Positions 26,353-40,923 of a DNA stretch of 64,000 nt are shown piece after piece. How positions within the stretch are numbered: the stretch's first letter is position 1; every line of letters begins with the position of its first letter. The translations under genes and the position numbers were made by a program. This DNA is from Bigelowiella natans CCMP2755 (lineage: Eukaryota; Protista; Cercozoa): contig ADNK01000008.1 of NCBI GenBank assembly GCA_000320545.1, positions 1-64,000 on the forward strand. The letters are read 5' to 3'. A model generated the notes under the pieces. It was not told the DNA's origin and searched no databases. It saw only the letters and a program-made list of their open reading frames with translations.

Positions 26353-27644
26353 TTACCAATGTACTCTGCGCGCCTTCCGTCCCATACCCAAACTCCCGCC
26401 CCTGCGTGGAACACACGAGAATGTAACCCATCAGAGTTAGATCAAGAGCATTATTGACTCATCGCGCGTGGTCGAAACCGGCAATTTAAGCACGGTTTCT
26501 CACGGACGTTTTTCTCGAGGAAGAGAAACATAAATTGTGCTTTGTATTCGGACGCATATCGACATTTCGTACCAGCTCTGAGCTTGCCTCAAGTTTTGCC
26601 GTGTCTTGGTGATCCCAACTTGCTGTCTTGACACGAAGATAGCCGTCCCTAGGCCCAGAATGAGGATGTGGTACATCTGTGAAACCACCAAATGCAGCGC
26701 AACGACGATCCTACCGATCATCAACCGCGGAGTGATATCTCCAAACCTGAGAGTAATGACACCGCAAAGGTATTTATGTCGCGCAAGAAGAGAGTAGGGA
26801 GAAAAAGAAGAGGCCTATCCACAGGGTGGCTGTTGTCGATGATTCTCCGTCCCTCATTTGAGTGACCGAAAACATCGACAATATTTGTTCTGGAACACGT
26901 ATTGAACTTGGTGGCCGTGCACCGGACAAGTACGCTCCATTAACGATGGGATGTTTTCAAATTTAAAAGTAATGATCATCATCTCAGAAGATCGCGGAAG
27001 ATTGTTTCCACGACAAGACATCATGCGGTGGATCTTACTCAACCCCCCAGGAGGAGATGATCTCAAGGGCGGTGAGAGAATGTACGAATGTTCGCCTCAA
27101 CGCTTTCCCGCCAGATCTATCCCTATCACACCTCCTCGACGACTTTTCGAGTACTAGTGAATAGAAACTTACCCCGTCGTGGTCATCGCAGTGAAGGAGA
27201 AGTAAAGCAGCTTCCACATTGCTGCAGTGATTGTCAAATCATCGAGCTGCTCGACGAAAGGGATTTTGAATGCGTCCTAACGAAGATGAAAATGATGATG
27301 ATGGTACTGGTGGTGGCGTCTTCCCTCCCCCCCCCCCTCCCCCCCCCTCTTCCTCTTCCTTATCATCATTGCCACTATCGCCCTGCAGCTTATGGTGCTT
27401 TCTTTACATCGAAACTTCGTTCTCATTCTTCCACCCCCCCACATCTATAATTCACTCACACTCTCTTCTTTCTCAGCGAGGGAGAGAGGGGGGTCTACTA
27501 CATGCGGAAGGCAACTACTACTTTATCAATGAGGAAAACCAACAAATAGACTCCGTCGAAAAGGACGATAATGGACAAGTAGCTTTGCACCAGGAATGAC
27601 AACCCAATCTCAACGTGATCGTGCATCTATTTTTACATTATTTA

Positions 27645-27675
<31 letters not shown>

Positions 27676-27745
27676 CATCGTTGCATAGCATTCTGTGGAT
27701 TATGTGGGTACATGCTAATGGCTGTGGTATCATCAAGCATCATTT

Positions 27746-27784
<39 letters not shown>

Positions 27785-27898
27785 CGATCAGAAGTCACTA
27801 CAGCGAAGCGCTGATGAGGGTATTCCCATAAAATGTATGAATGCTCTTTGGTGAATGTATTGCAGAGGATCGGAAAGAAAGTTAGCGATCATACGTAC

Positions 27899-27934
<36 letters not shown>

Positions 27935-28442
27935 CTTGAACGCGATTCGAAGGCTAACGGACAGTAGCAGCATCAGCAAGAACCCCTTGAAAATAGCAGT
28001 GTTGTCTTAGCATTGATATGATGAGAGAGACTCGCCATGCGCAATCTGCCCCTTTCCATTTGACGACGGAATAACACAGCACTCAACCAATGATGAGTGC
28101 AGTGCTGGCTGCAAGCTACTACGACGGACAGCAGCTGCGACAGCACGGTAGGTGCAAGGGAACATGCTACAAATACCCACTTACTTGTAGTATGCAGAGT
28201 GCCATAAACGCCGGTTTTGTAGCGACATAGGGCTGATGATGATGATGATGACGACGATGACAAAAGAGGTTGCAGGGGGAAGAAAATAGGAGGCAGTCAA
28301 TACGTGCGGTGTCTAAATGTAAATATTATGTTTAATATGTTATGTGATCCCCCTTCTCGCTGCAGCATCATCATCATCATCATCATCATCATCGTCACCA
28401 CCATCCCAATTAGCATATTTGTTGTATCGCGCGGTGCTACTA

Positions 28443-28474
<32 letters not shown>

Positions 28475-29192
28475 ATTTGTGTTACTCACATCCTTGATGA
28501 GTGTGGGGTCCAACACCTCGATCAAGCACAGAGTCCCCACCTGAATACCGATCACTACCAGGAGCAAGTAGGTGATGACGAATTTTCGCATCATCTCCAC
28601 CCCGGGAACGTGGTGTCGGATCCAAGAAACCACGCGCCTACGTGTGGTTTGTATGTGTGAGTATGCGTGGTATGACGACGATTCAAAGAGAGCAGCAGCA
28701 GGAGGAGGAGGAGGAGGAGGGGGGGGGGAAGAGAATAACTTCACGACCGAATCGATTAAACTTAGGATCCATATGTTTCTAGTGTTCATGCTTCCTGTAC
28801 TTTTCATGTCAAGGGGGCGGGGGAGGGGGGGGGGGCTTATGTTATGACACGGTGCTACAAGAGGCAGCTTGTTATAGCTCCTCTTCTCCTGCTACCTGAA
28901 GAAGCCCATCTCGTAGTGATCTCGAAACTGAGAGACGACGTCTTCCCCCACCTGTCAGATGGAGAATGATGATGATGATGATGATGGTGATGATGATGGT
29001 GATGATCATGATGATCATAACAACGACACACCTGCGTCTGGAAGTAGTGCAAAGCCCAGCCGAAAATGACTACGGAGAATATCACTCCTGATAGACAGAA
29101 AGGTTGTAGGACGTACGACAAGGAATCATCGGAGTATTGAGAGTTGGCTTGCAATGGACAGGAGCTAGATTCATCCATGGCGACGCATATTT

Positions 29193-29255
<63 letters not shown>

Positions 29256-30175
29256 AATTATATATGTGTTTGTGTGTGTCTGTGTGTGCAATATGCGTGT
29301 GTCAGCACCGACCTATGAGCATCTCAAGACAGCATAACATTTGGGCAGGTATTCCTCTGCAAATCACGTCCCCAAACCCAGCAGAGCTAAGGATGGTGAT
29401 GGATCATACATCATCTATCTCTCACTTCTCGAATATGGCGAGACGACAACAGCATAGAGCAAGAGGATCGAGTTCATCATCATCTCGACGATAGCGCAGA
29501 TGATATGCATCGTCCTGCTATACGTGTCTTTGCAGGAAGGCGGCTATCACCAGCATGCAACGTATCTTAAATAAAGAGCTACTCTACTCGATGATTGATG
29601 ATGGTGCTGATGGTGATGACGCAGGAGAGTGTAAGTAAGAAAGCGTGTGATGATGATGACAAAATGCTGCTGGCCCTACGTCAGAACGCTGAGAGAAAAG
29701 TATACAAAGCCGACGAGGACCCCGGGAACGTGTCCTTCCTGAGCAGTTGAGCAAATTTAAGAAACAGAACGGGGGAGGAGGAGTGATGACAGGATGGCGA
29801 AGTAGGAGGTTAACGGGCATGTAACATCGTCAATAATGGAAGCTGCGATGCCTCGTGCCTCCCCCCCTCCCTCCCCCTTTTCCTCCTCCTTCTTTTTCTT
29901 CTTCTTCTTCTTCTCTTTTAACAATAGAAGCACGATAAAATTCATATTATTCACCATTTGATGGAGAGTCAAAGCCTTCTTTCTCGAATTGTGGTCCTCT
30001 CCCACCCAACCCTGTCGAGATACGACGACGCACCATAGGTGGTGTGTATGGAGAAAGATATGGAAGACGAAGAAGAAGAAGAAGAAAAAGGAGAAGAAGG
30101 AAGAGAAGGAAAAGAAGCAGCAGCAGCGGCAACCAATCGACCCCGACATTAGTAGAATCATAGCAAAAAGCAGAA

Positions 30176-30206
<31 letters not shown>

Positions 30207-30601
30207 TACATCAACACGAAAGGCAGCAGGGTCCGAGATGAAGATGGCGAGATATAGGAAGGAAAACCCCAACGCGAAGGCTAACCAGCCATTGACCAGT
30301 CGAGAAATCGATATCGGATTCCATTTAGTGATCTAATCACGAGGAGGAGGAGGAACATAATTGTCACTTCAAGATGTTTCTTTTCCACATCTTTCATGCA
30401 AAAGGCATTCGCCGATCGGATATCATTAAATTGTGCACACACGTCGAGGATAAGCGTCCAGCCCGAGTAAAGGATTAAGTAGCCCTGAGAAGGGCAAGCA
30501 GGGAGGGGGGAGGACAATTCGGGTGATGATGATGATGATAATGATGATGATGATACCACATTGAGTAGTTTTGGTAAGCTCTTCCTGCAACAACAGTGGT
30601 G

Positions 30602-30660
<59 letters not shown>

Positions 30661-30866
30661 TACTTGAGCTGCCACTAATAGGGTCGTGCAGAATGTACTT
30701 TTCCAGCCCTACCTCGCCAACAACAACAACATTATTTTAAGGTAACAATTAGCGCAATAACACCGTCATCGTCCCGCATCACCATCTTATTCGCATCGGT
30801 CGTGTACACAAATTTGAAGAAAATGGCGTGCGGAATGGGTGCAAGAATACTTGGTAGATCTTGCTC

Positions 30867-30901
<35 letters not shown>

Positions 30902-31861
30902 CTTTTTAAAACAACGGGAGAATGAAAACACCGAACCATGTGGACATTGCTCGTCTCGAATATCTCGGGGTCGAATGTTTGCAGCACGATGTACTCAGCC
31001 ACTAATAAGACTAGACTCCAAAACGCGCTGGTGTTCCCCAAGAATCGAAGGACCGTATCTCGACATGACCTATGAACAACGAGGAGTTTCAACAATCGAT
31101 AAGCATCGTGGTAGCCAGCTGGTTCGTACAACAACAAGTTTAGGACCAACTAAACACGTGCACAACAGCAGCAGTTTCAATATACGATGATGATGTTTTC
31201 GAGGGCGGAGAGCACGGATGGCCCTGGTATATGCACATGCAGGCACATGTCCCCTCTGCTTTCGTGTTTATGTGTAAGCTTATGTTTCGGAATCTGTAGC
31301 TAATTCATGACCACAGGATTCATGATGCAGCATCATACCCGTCGGTGTTCTTGTATTCAAACCGATCTTCCCCGTCGTAGTCTGCCTCTTTCGAGAGCTA
31401 AATCAAACAAAATCATAAACCAAAAGTCAGCGGAAGGTTCTCCAAAGAAGAGCAAAATTGAGCTTAGCGAGTTGGCCGCACATCATCGAACTCTGTAATC
31501 CGAACGTCCTAAATTCGAATAAAGCAAATTATGAGAAAGAGAAAGGCACCGGACAAGTATTGTGTTGCTGTGTGAGATGAATTTCGTGGTCCGTAACAAA
31601 CATCATATGTAGAGTAGCCGGGACGATTTATTCCATGGTCCGCTCCCGTTACGTGCATTTGGCCGCGTCCTCCTCCTCCCTATATCCCGGAAGCAAGATA
31701 CTACAATGGGGAGCTGCTACGTAGTAGTGTCTTTTCGTCGGTAGCCATGCAAGAGAAATAGGCAGCGCGTGTGCTGTGTTTTTAAGACTTTGTGTGGTAC
31801 GCTTTTTTAATTCATTAATTAATTTCATGGAAAACGGGTTGCTTATTTCTTCCTGTTCCAT
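26353..31861 (-). CDS. Potassium channel-like protein with two pore domains in two internally repeated multi-TM modules; 5' end uncertain (up to ~32250)
   Basis: Pore 1: GFVYFSLSVLT|SAGFGDVICRG..LEMLIG (29738-29680 joined to 29386). Pore 2: LLYFSFTAMTTTG|FGDITPRLMIGRIVV (27276-27173 joined to 26746). The pre-pore helices are repeated: FSFLYLAIFISDPAAF vs FDGVYLLVFLIDKDAF. Confidence 0.85.
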
Positions 31862-32291
31862 TGTCGCTCTATAAAAACGCCATGTTTCGGAATGATCAAA
31901 GCGAAAGGGCGAAACACAGGAGATTCGTGTCGAAATTCCGTTATTACCGGGCATTCGACTCCTCATCACCGGGACGAGCCGCCCCCACCGTTTCGGATCG
32001 GTGTAACCTCCACACCAACCCACTCCCAAGCTGCTCAGAGATCTGGACGTTGAGAGCAAAGAAAGAGAGAGGGAGAAGGAGAGAGTCGTAGAGAGAGAAA
32101 AGACCCGCTCCGCCCTCCCTGGCCCAGTACTGCGCGTGATCGATCTTCCCCCTACTTGAAACCGGGTGAGAGCCACCACCCAGCCCTCACTGAATAGATT
32201 TACACAGGTGTTAATGTGTAATCCTTACACTGATACGACTGATCATTTTGTCGCAGCAGCTGAATTTGAGGGGGAGCACCGTCCGTAAAAG

Positions 32292-33407
32292 ATGATCCCT
32301 ACATTCCAGATCTCGCTCGACTCACCAATCATGCATGGATTGGTAAGAATTCATCCATCACATGTTCTTCTGTTTACTTCTCCCCTCACAACGGGGTTAC
32401 TTACTTACTTACTTACTTACTGACAACCTGTGTCAGGTGACCATCGGCAAGTTCGATGGAAAGCATCCTTCACTGGCGTGTGCTACAGGGGCAGCCAACA
32501 TACTAATCCACAGCCCCCATTTGCGCCATTCTGACGAGAATGTGAGCACAATTTCGAAATATTGCCATGAAAGCATATGTCTTAGCATGGATCTTATTCC
32601 GTTCGTTTCGAGCGCTAACTTTGAGCTTCTCGACCCATCAGCAAGAGGTGCGGCAATTGGATGTCAACCGCCGCATTTCTGCCCTTACCTCGGGAGAATG
32701 GCCTCTTCCGACGATCACGTTTGACTCTGAGGCTTCGAGTGAAAAAATGAAGTCTCTCAGCGTTGATGCGATAGAACAGATGCAATCCAAGGTGAGAAAT
32801 GTGCGGTGTTCGGTATCATGATCACTGAGAGGAACGTGTGCGGCCAAGACAGGCAGATGATCAACGTCGAATCAAATGCCATGATGAACCCTAATGCTTC
32901 TTGCTTTGTACATACCATTTCTATATAATATATAAATACATATATATTATCACGCTCCATTATGCTGATATGTCATTATCTATTGCGTGTATTGCTGCGA
33001 AAAGAGTGATGAACCATTAAGGCGTACTGGACGACAAGTGAAGGAAAAGACTCGGTATGGATATATTTCACTATGAAAGAGCCGGCTTCGAATCTCACCA
33101 CCAATACACTTACCGACGATGATGATTCAATTGAGAAACAACATATTTCTATCGTGTCCCAGGCGCCACGCACTGCTAGTGGGGACTCAAGCAAACCTGC
33201 TGTGCTACGACGTGGAAGAGAACTCTGATCTCTTCTACAAAGACTGCCCTGAGGGGCTGAATACGATTGCATTTGGGACGATCCCTGGAATGAAAGAGCC
33301 GCTCACCATCGTAGGGTGAGAAGAGAAATAGAACTACTTTCTGCTGTAAGCTTTGTTGACTAACCCCCCTCCATTTATTCAAGATGTACCACGTATACAC
33401 ACAAAAA

Positions 33408-33456
<49 letters not shown>

Positions 33457-33857
33457 ATATGATTTACTTGTGCAGAGGAAGTTGCTCCTTACAGGGATTT
33501 GACCACGAAGGTGAATTCGCAGCAACACTACACACTTCACGCCTCCATAGTGATATTCTGGGAAAAACGAGATCTTTCTTAAAATGATGTTTGTTTGTCC
33601 TTACGACAAAATAATGCAAAAAGGAAGATTCTTGATTGAGCACAATCGGCTACTTTGCTGCCGTGTTTTGTGCCTTTTCTTTTCAGATTCTTTGATTCTC
33701 ATTCCTTTTAGATGTACGATAATTCACATTTTGCTCTTGTCGTGGCGCAGTAAGTGGCGTGATGTTGGTATGATCATGTTCAGGAAATGAGATGTTTTGG
33801 ACGGTCACAGGAGATAACGTTACGGTCTGCTGCAACCACCATCATTTCATTAACACA

Positions 33858-33900
<43 letters not shown>

Positions 33901-35461
33901 TCTTAAAAGATAACATGCAACGACGTGTTTGGGCATTTTTAGCTTGCCTCCATTTCCGGTGTTGATGCTTTGTCATCCGAATTTTCCGTATCATCTTTCA
34001 AATATCTCTTTCCCTGACTTTTATATCTTACCATCACTGATCTCCCCCCCCTCCTTTTAGGCTCTCGCATTTCTGGGAAAGAGGCTAATCGTAGGGTGGG
34101 TGTCATCATCGCTATCAGGAAATAACTGCACCGGATATATATGTGTCGTGCAATATTCACCTGGCTGAGTCAACGCAAAATAATACTGCCTCCCCCCCTG
34201 CCTTCAAATATGCATTCATCCCAACCCGAATATTGTATTAAGGAATTAAGGGTGGGAATGTCTTTGTTCTTAACAGGTCTGAAGACTATGAGATACGCGT
34301 CTTTGAAGGAGAGGATGTATGACATCCACGCACACTTTCGTTGCAGCAAACATTATCATAATAGCCATAGGAGTCAAATGAATTCGATGAATTATATATG
34401 TGGGCGGTGTTAACTCGGCCGAAATCATTAAGCGGGGGAGCAACCTTCGTGCTGTTTCTCGAGACATTGGTGCTTTCAGCTGGTCTTTCACGATCTACTG
34501 CCCAGTGTCCTTCTTTTTATGAAGCTTATTTCGCTATTTGTTTCTCTTCTCTTCACTCGTCATCAATCTTCATAATGACACATCCAGGTCGTTATGGAAG
34601 CTACGGAAAGCGATGTTGTAGTATCTCTCACCCCAATCGGGGTAAGAACAAAAAATCCCTGCTCCCCCCCTCCCCTCTGCAGCAGCTTACGTGATCCTCT
34701 CACATGCAACACAGAAGGAAAATTTTGCCTTTGGTCTGGCCAACGGCACTATTGGGGTAATAATACATGCAGCACGTGCGCATGTGTGTCTTGAATGACC
34801 TCTTGTATCGCTGCAGACGAATAAAGTTATGATGAAAAAGTGAAATCGTGATGTTAAAGCCATACGAAACCTTGCATGAGAGAGATATATGAGAGAGGGG
34901 GGGGGGGGAACATGTTTTGGTGGAAAGAAGCTTTCATGTGAGCATGAAACTAATATTCGATGATGGCAGGTTTATGGCGGCGAGAAGAAGCTATGGACGC
35001 GACGTTATAAGTAAGAGAGGAGGCAGCACGGGGAAAGAGGGGGGGAGGGTTATTCTACTTACAGCTCTCTCCCAACAACTGAATATAACATATGTATATT
35101 ATATATAATTTCTATCATATATATATATTATATATATATATTATATATATACTATTGTATTATTTGGAGAATCTATGCGGCGTGTGTCTGTCCTTCCTCA
35201 TTCGTTCCCTTTAGATAGTTCTTCCGACGAAAGAGTGAGAGAGCTCAAGAAAGATGTATTCCTAGACAACCCGCTTGCAACGGATGATTGATGCTGTTGG
35301 TCCACCTCCTCCCTCCCCCCCCCCCTCCTCCTCCTTTATACGTGTGGGGTTATGATCCTGATAATAGACATGATGTGCGCGACATGGCTATATTTGACTT
35401 GGACGACGATGGAGAGGCGGAACTGATCACAGGGGTGATGATCGTGCTTACTTGCCAACCA

Positions 35462-35496
<35 letters not shown>

Positions 35497-35653
35497 CAGT
35501 ACAAGTTGTAGTAGTAGTAGTGGTAGTAGTATCGAATGATTTGCGCTTATTCCCTACACTGACAACTGTCAGGCTATAGTCATATCACTGTAGCAAAACA
35601 ATAATTGACGGGGCTATCACGGAGATTCCCCAAATATCTTTGTGTTAGGACGT

Positions 35654-35696
<43 letters not shown>

Positions 35697-36692
35697 TTCG
35701 GGGAGTCGTTTCCCATGCACGATAAAGAGTTCATCGTGGATCATTACACGTCTTTTACTTTATTACCATTTTTCTGTCTTCTTCATCTTCTTCTTCTTCT
35801 TCTTCTTCTTCTTCTTCTTCTCTAGTGGTCAAATGGCCGATTGGATGTGCGCAAACGAGAGACGGGGCAAGAAATCTTCAAGGTCGTTTGCGCAACTGCG
35901 TCATCAGCCCCTTGTGATGTTGGCTGTACTCCGGATGATGATGATGACGACGACAAACGTCATTATCGATGGTCTATCGTTCAACGTCAAGTCTTACGAA
36001 TTCCACGAATAACCCCCTTCTCTTCCCCCTACCGCCTCACAGCTACTGTTATAATGCCACTAAAAAAAAAAGACTACTGCAATTGCTACTTCCGCGCTCT
36101 TTGCTAATAGAATTGTGTGTTGTTCTTATTATTATTATTCAATGCTTTCTTCTTAGGAACGGCTGTCCGCCCCCATCAGTGGCTTGTGCATTTCGGATTA
36201 CCGCATGCAAGGGAGCGAGGAGATCATCGTTGCAACTGCGAACGGCGACATTAGAGGCTATGGGTACTACTGCTCATACGACTACTACTACTACCACCAA
36301 TAGCCTTTGTGTGGACCTCCTCCTGTTTCATCTTGGAATGGATTTTTATAATGAGGAGAAGCGTATATGACACACACACACACGCACGCATGCACGCACG
36401 CACACGGACGATGCGTGAGCCCTTTTGTACGCTACAACAGGTGCGCGAGCTCCGATGAAGCCAAGGAGGAAATCGAAACCAAGGTAGTAGTAGTACTAGC
36501 ACTAGTACTAGTAATAGAAAATCATACCTATCATCAGAATGAAGACTGAAAACACAGATGTTTTTTAACCCCCCCCCCCCCCCCCTCACGGGCAACGAAC
36601 ACGGTCGTATCACTGGAGAGAACACGCGTGTTTTTTGCTCGGATTTATTTCATTTTTGATATTTTGGCTTTTTGACTTCTTCTTCCTCCCGA

Positions 36693-36732
<40 letters not shown>

Positions 36733-37265
36733 CTATTATCTTTTAGGTGGACAACATGCGGCTGGAGGCCTTAAAAACACAGAAAATGGCCCTGTTGCTC
36801 GAGAAGCGAAGGTGATCTTATCCCAATTTAGTTAATATGTGCATGTTAGCAGCTTTACCATTCTGAACAACCCTTGCATACTCAAGCTACGAGAACAACT
36901 TGAAGGCAGTCAAGGCAAAAACGAGAGATGCAGGTGGTGCTGTCCATATAATCGGAAATAAATGCGTGCGTGTACACAAAAAAGCATTCTCTAACTTACA
37001 TTTCATCAAACATCAGGGTTGGTACCTCAAGAAACGAAGTTAAAGCAGGTAGAAACCATTATTCGTCGTCGTCGTCATCATCATCATCATCATCACATCT
37101 TCTACTAAGAGGCTAAGTATTTTATTCTTGTATGCAGAACCTCCAACCGAACGTGACTGAGAATTGCATGGAGGTCCTGTGTGCATTGAATGTTCCATAT
37201 CTACTGTTATATGATGACTGGGTGCATAGATATAATGGATCATGCGACTCAGTGGAATTTATATA

Positions 37266-37297
<32 letters not shown>

Positions 37298-37442
37298 CTG
37301 CGAGTGTGAATGTGTTGTGAGTGTGTGCGTGTGTGTGTGTGTGGAAAAAGGTCCTGTTCGAGAGCACAGAAGGCACCGTCATCAAGATGCTGGTGAATGA
37401 ATGAATGCACGCATTTGAATCTTGAACGTGAATTACAACAAA

Positions 37443-37477
<35 letters not shown>

Positions 37478-38261
37478 ATTTGAACACATTGTTGATAATT
37501 GAGGACGTATCGACGAGTGATGGGACCATTGAATAGCGTAAACATCCTCGTAATGATCGATCTCTCATCATCGGCACCGCATGCTTGTGTCGTCGTCGTG
37601 TTTGACATATTCAGATCTGCGAGTCGCAGTCTCTGTTTCCTACTGGGACGAAAGTGTTCAAAAAGGTGCGTCTTTTTCTGTCGCTCATACGAGATGTACT
37701 CTTTCCAAACGGACTACTCTCACGGGCAAGGAATTCTTCTGAGCCTTTGTGTACTTGCCTGTCGGTGCAAAGATGAAGTGCGGGACAAATAATATAATAT
37801 GTGCTGCTGCTGCTGCTGCTGCTGTTGTGATACAGAATAAGCCGACAGCAACCCTCTCAGTACCCATCCAGAAGGATCAACTAGGTGATATTAATTACTA
37901 ATTGCACCCCCCCCCCCTTCCTTCCACCGTTTCAATGTCGTCAATTGTCATTACCACATGTTAATCATGCCCGTGCGTGCGCGCGCGCGCGCGTTTTTGC
38001 ATGTGATTCGCGACGTTCAAGCGTTGAGCATCATTGTTGGCGTTGTTGTTCGTTTCGTATCAGGCGCAGGCTGCACGTTTAATGTGAAAGCAGTTGTTGG
38101 CCATTTATCGTCTTATCAGGTTATCATATATCCTCCTCTGCCCTTGCTACTGCCGCTGCTGCTGCTGCTGTCGCCGTGACTAACAAATAAAGATGTATGA
38201 ATATGGCATCATATCCTTGCAGATCTCCACTCCCTCTGTGATAACAATGTGCGCATGTTGT

Positions 38262-38319
<58 letters not shown>

Positions 38320-38614
38320 CAGGACCACATATTTGAGAGCACTTGCGAGATCCCGCATTTTTGCGGCTTCATCCATAGACAAAGCCATGGCGACCTCAAG
38401 GTTGGTGGAGGGGGAAAAAGACATCTGGAAATTGTGTTCTTACAAATGCATGCAGCATTGTTGCTCATCACATGGTTATCCCCGGAGTAAGTGCTGACTC
38501 CCTCCCCCCAATCCCTCTTCATTCATGTGCACATAATGCCACCACAGATGCCAGAGTCCTGTGTCACCTTCGAGATGAACGAGAGAGTGAAGTCGCTTGA
38601 GACGTGGATAAGTA

Positions 38615-38655
<41 letters not shown>

Positions 38656-38985
38656 ACACCATCGGATAGGAAAGGGAGAAAATATATCGAATCTGAGCCA
38701 GGGGGGGGGAGGGGAAAGAGAGCCTTGACTGTTTTTGTTACCTGCACAAATATTGTTTCATGTAAAAACCCCCACTGAATGCTGGGTCGATGAAATGCAG
38801 ATAAGAAATTTGGAATGAGCTATGAAGGACGGGGAGGTAATGATAGCATGACGGCATACAGCGCAAAACAACAAATCCCGTGCTAGTTATGGAGGCCATC
38901 ATTTCGCTTTTCTCTCTGGAACGCACATGAATATATGTATATATGTTTATATTCCAAGCTTATAGTTGCATAGATATACAAATAT

Positions 38986-39026
<41 letters not shown>

Positions 39027-39042
39027 CCTTGAAATCCTTTTG

Positions 39043-39084
<42 letters not shown>

Positions 39085-39496
39085 GATACAGGAGGAAGAC
39101 TGGAGATGTGGTTTAAGTCTATCTATAATGATGATACTCTCTGTATCTTCTTCCAAGAGGTAAGTAGTTAGGTAGTAGTAGTAGTAGTAGAAGAAAAAAT
39201 ATATAATCTAGCGACTCTTTCTTCCTTGTCAAAACGCGCGCGCGTGTGTGTACGTGTACGTGTGTGTGAGTGTGTATGATCTCTTCAATGCCTGTCTTCT
39301 TCAGGGTGATAACGATTCCAGAAGCAGCGTGAAGCTTGCTTGCAAAGATATGCAGACGGTACATGCGTGGGGATGGGTGTTATTGTTGTTGCAATAAGTG
39401 TTTCTATAGCTTTTGTGCTGATGGTGATGACCCTGCGTTGATGTCATACCAAAATGTGTGTCATCCATGTGCACTAAAGCCTCATACGATGTATGC

Positions 39497-39538
<42 letters not shown>

Positions 39539-39561
39539 GACTCGAAGAAGCATGAAAATTG

Positions 39562-39613
<52 letters not shown>

Positions 39614-39808
39614 TTTGTGTGTGTGTTGTGCATCTAGTTGGGAGATATGATCCAGGAACTAGCCGATGCGTTTTCTCTGAAAGATTTAAAGTACTAAAAC
39701 ATAAGATATCGATTGCATATATTCACGTGGACAAGTATCTTCGCGCGAATCATCATAAACACTCTTTCGATGAGCTAGTTCAGTTTTCATATGTATTTGT
39801 GTGTGTTT

Positions 39809-39840
<32 letters not shown>

Positions 39841-40280
39841 ATTCGATCTTTTCCAGATCGATCGCGAGTTTCCCAGAGGAAATGAAAGCATTCAAGCAGA
39901 CGATTCAAGTGGTACGTTCGTCAACCTAGCGCAGAATCAACAATGCAGCGACACTCAAACAGCCCAACTTGCCAGCTAGCAACTGCCTTCCGCCTTCACA
40001 CGAAATTAGCGGAAAAGAAACATAACACACAAAATGAAGATCAAATGTTATGCCTCGCTGCCTGCGAGTGTTGCCATTCGATGCCATAGCATGCGCTTTC
40101 TCAAGAAGAGAGTATGGCGTGTCTTTGATGAACGTGCAAGCCACAAGAGTCTTCTGCTCATGGATAACGTTTGGTGTTTGGAAGGTGGAGGAGTGTGATC
40201 GCACGCGTCTTAAATTACAAGCGGACATTGCAGAGAATGTAAATCTCGTCAAGCAACTCGTCGTCAAGGTAGTTTATATT

Positions 40281-40323
<43 letters not shown>

Positions 40324-40923
40324 CTACTTGCACGCACGACGGGTATGGATTGCAGACATATACGGAAAACTGCACCTCGAATAAGATTCCCAATGACCTT
40401 CACCCTCCTCCCCGCCTATTCTAGGCCGAGGATGTCCGACTGGTTGGCAACATGGAGCACATGAAGCGCATCTACGCTCAATTATACGAGCTTAATCTCG
40501 AGCTCATCGGCGAGTACAAGAAGAGAGCCAGAAACCACGCTGAGTTGGTACGCTTTCACATTCTTCTGGCGACGTGTTTCATTTCTTATCTCCCGTCTTT
40601 GCATTTTCGACCAAAGGTGAGGAACCTCAAGACCGTGAATAGTATGATTCAAAAAGCGGCGCGACTTCGGACCGGAAGGTGACTCCAGATATGTCTATTT
40701 GTGTTAGTGCGTGTGTGTGTGTGTGTGTGTATGCGCGTCTGTGTGTGTGATATACGTCTCAAATCGTATGATGTGGCTTTCATGATACGTTTGTATGTTG
40801 CATGCATGCCTCCGTTCGATCAGGTATAAGACCCAAGTGGTGCAAGAGTGTCGTAAGGCTATCAAATCGAACAACATCCATGCTCTCGTTGACATCTTCC
40901 GCTCGGGGCAAGCAAGCAATTAG
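32292..40923 (+). CDS. BBS2: Bardet-Biedl syndrome 2 protein (BBSome subunit)
   Basis: MIPTFQISL..|VTIGKFDGKHPSLACAT, LLVGTQANLLCYDVEENSDLFYK, LQGFDHEG, FWTVTGDNV, GSEDYEIRVF, FGLANGTIG, FDLDDDGEAELITG|WSNGRLDVR, C-terminal KTVNSMIQKAARLR..ECRKAIKSNN. Stop TAG at 40921-40923. Confidence 0.95.

Noticed and set aside
28599-29732. Identical 14-mer ACCCCGGGAACGTG (HVPGV) twice in the channel gene
   Set aside because: The copies are at non-equivalent positions of the two repeats, and a 14-mer match within ~6 kb is not very improbable (rough expectation below 0.1).
33939-34160. Acidic minus-strand ORF nested in a BBS2 intron
   Set aside because: It is short, overlaps a BBS2 exon antisense, and has no supporting structure.
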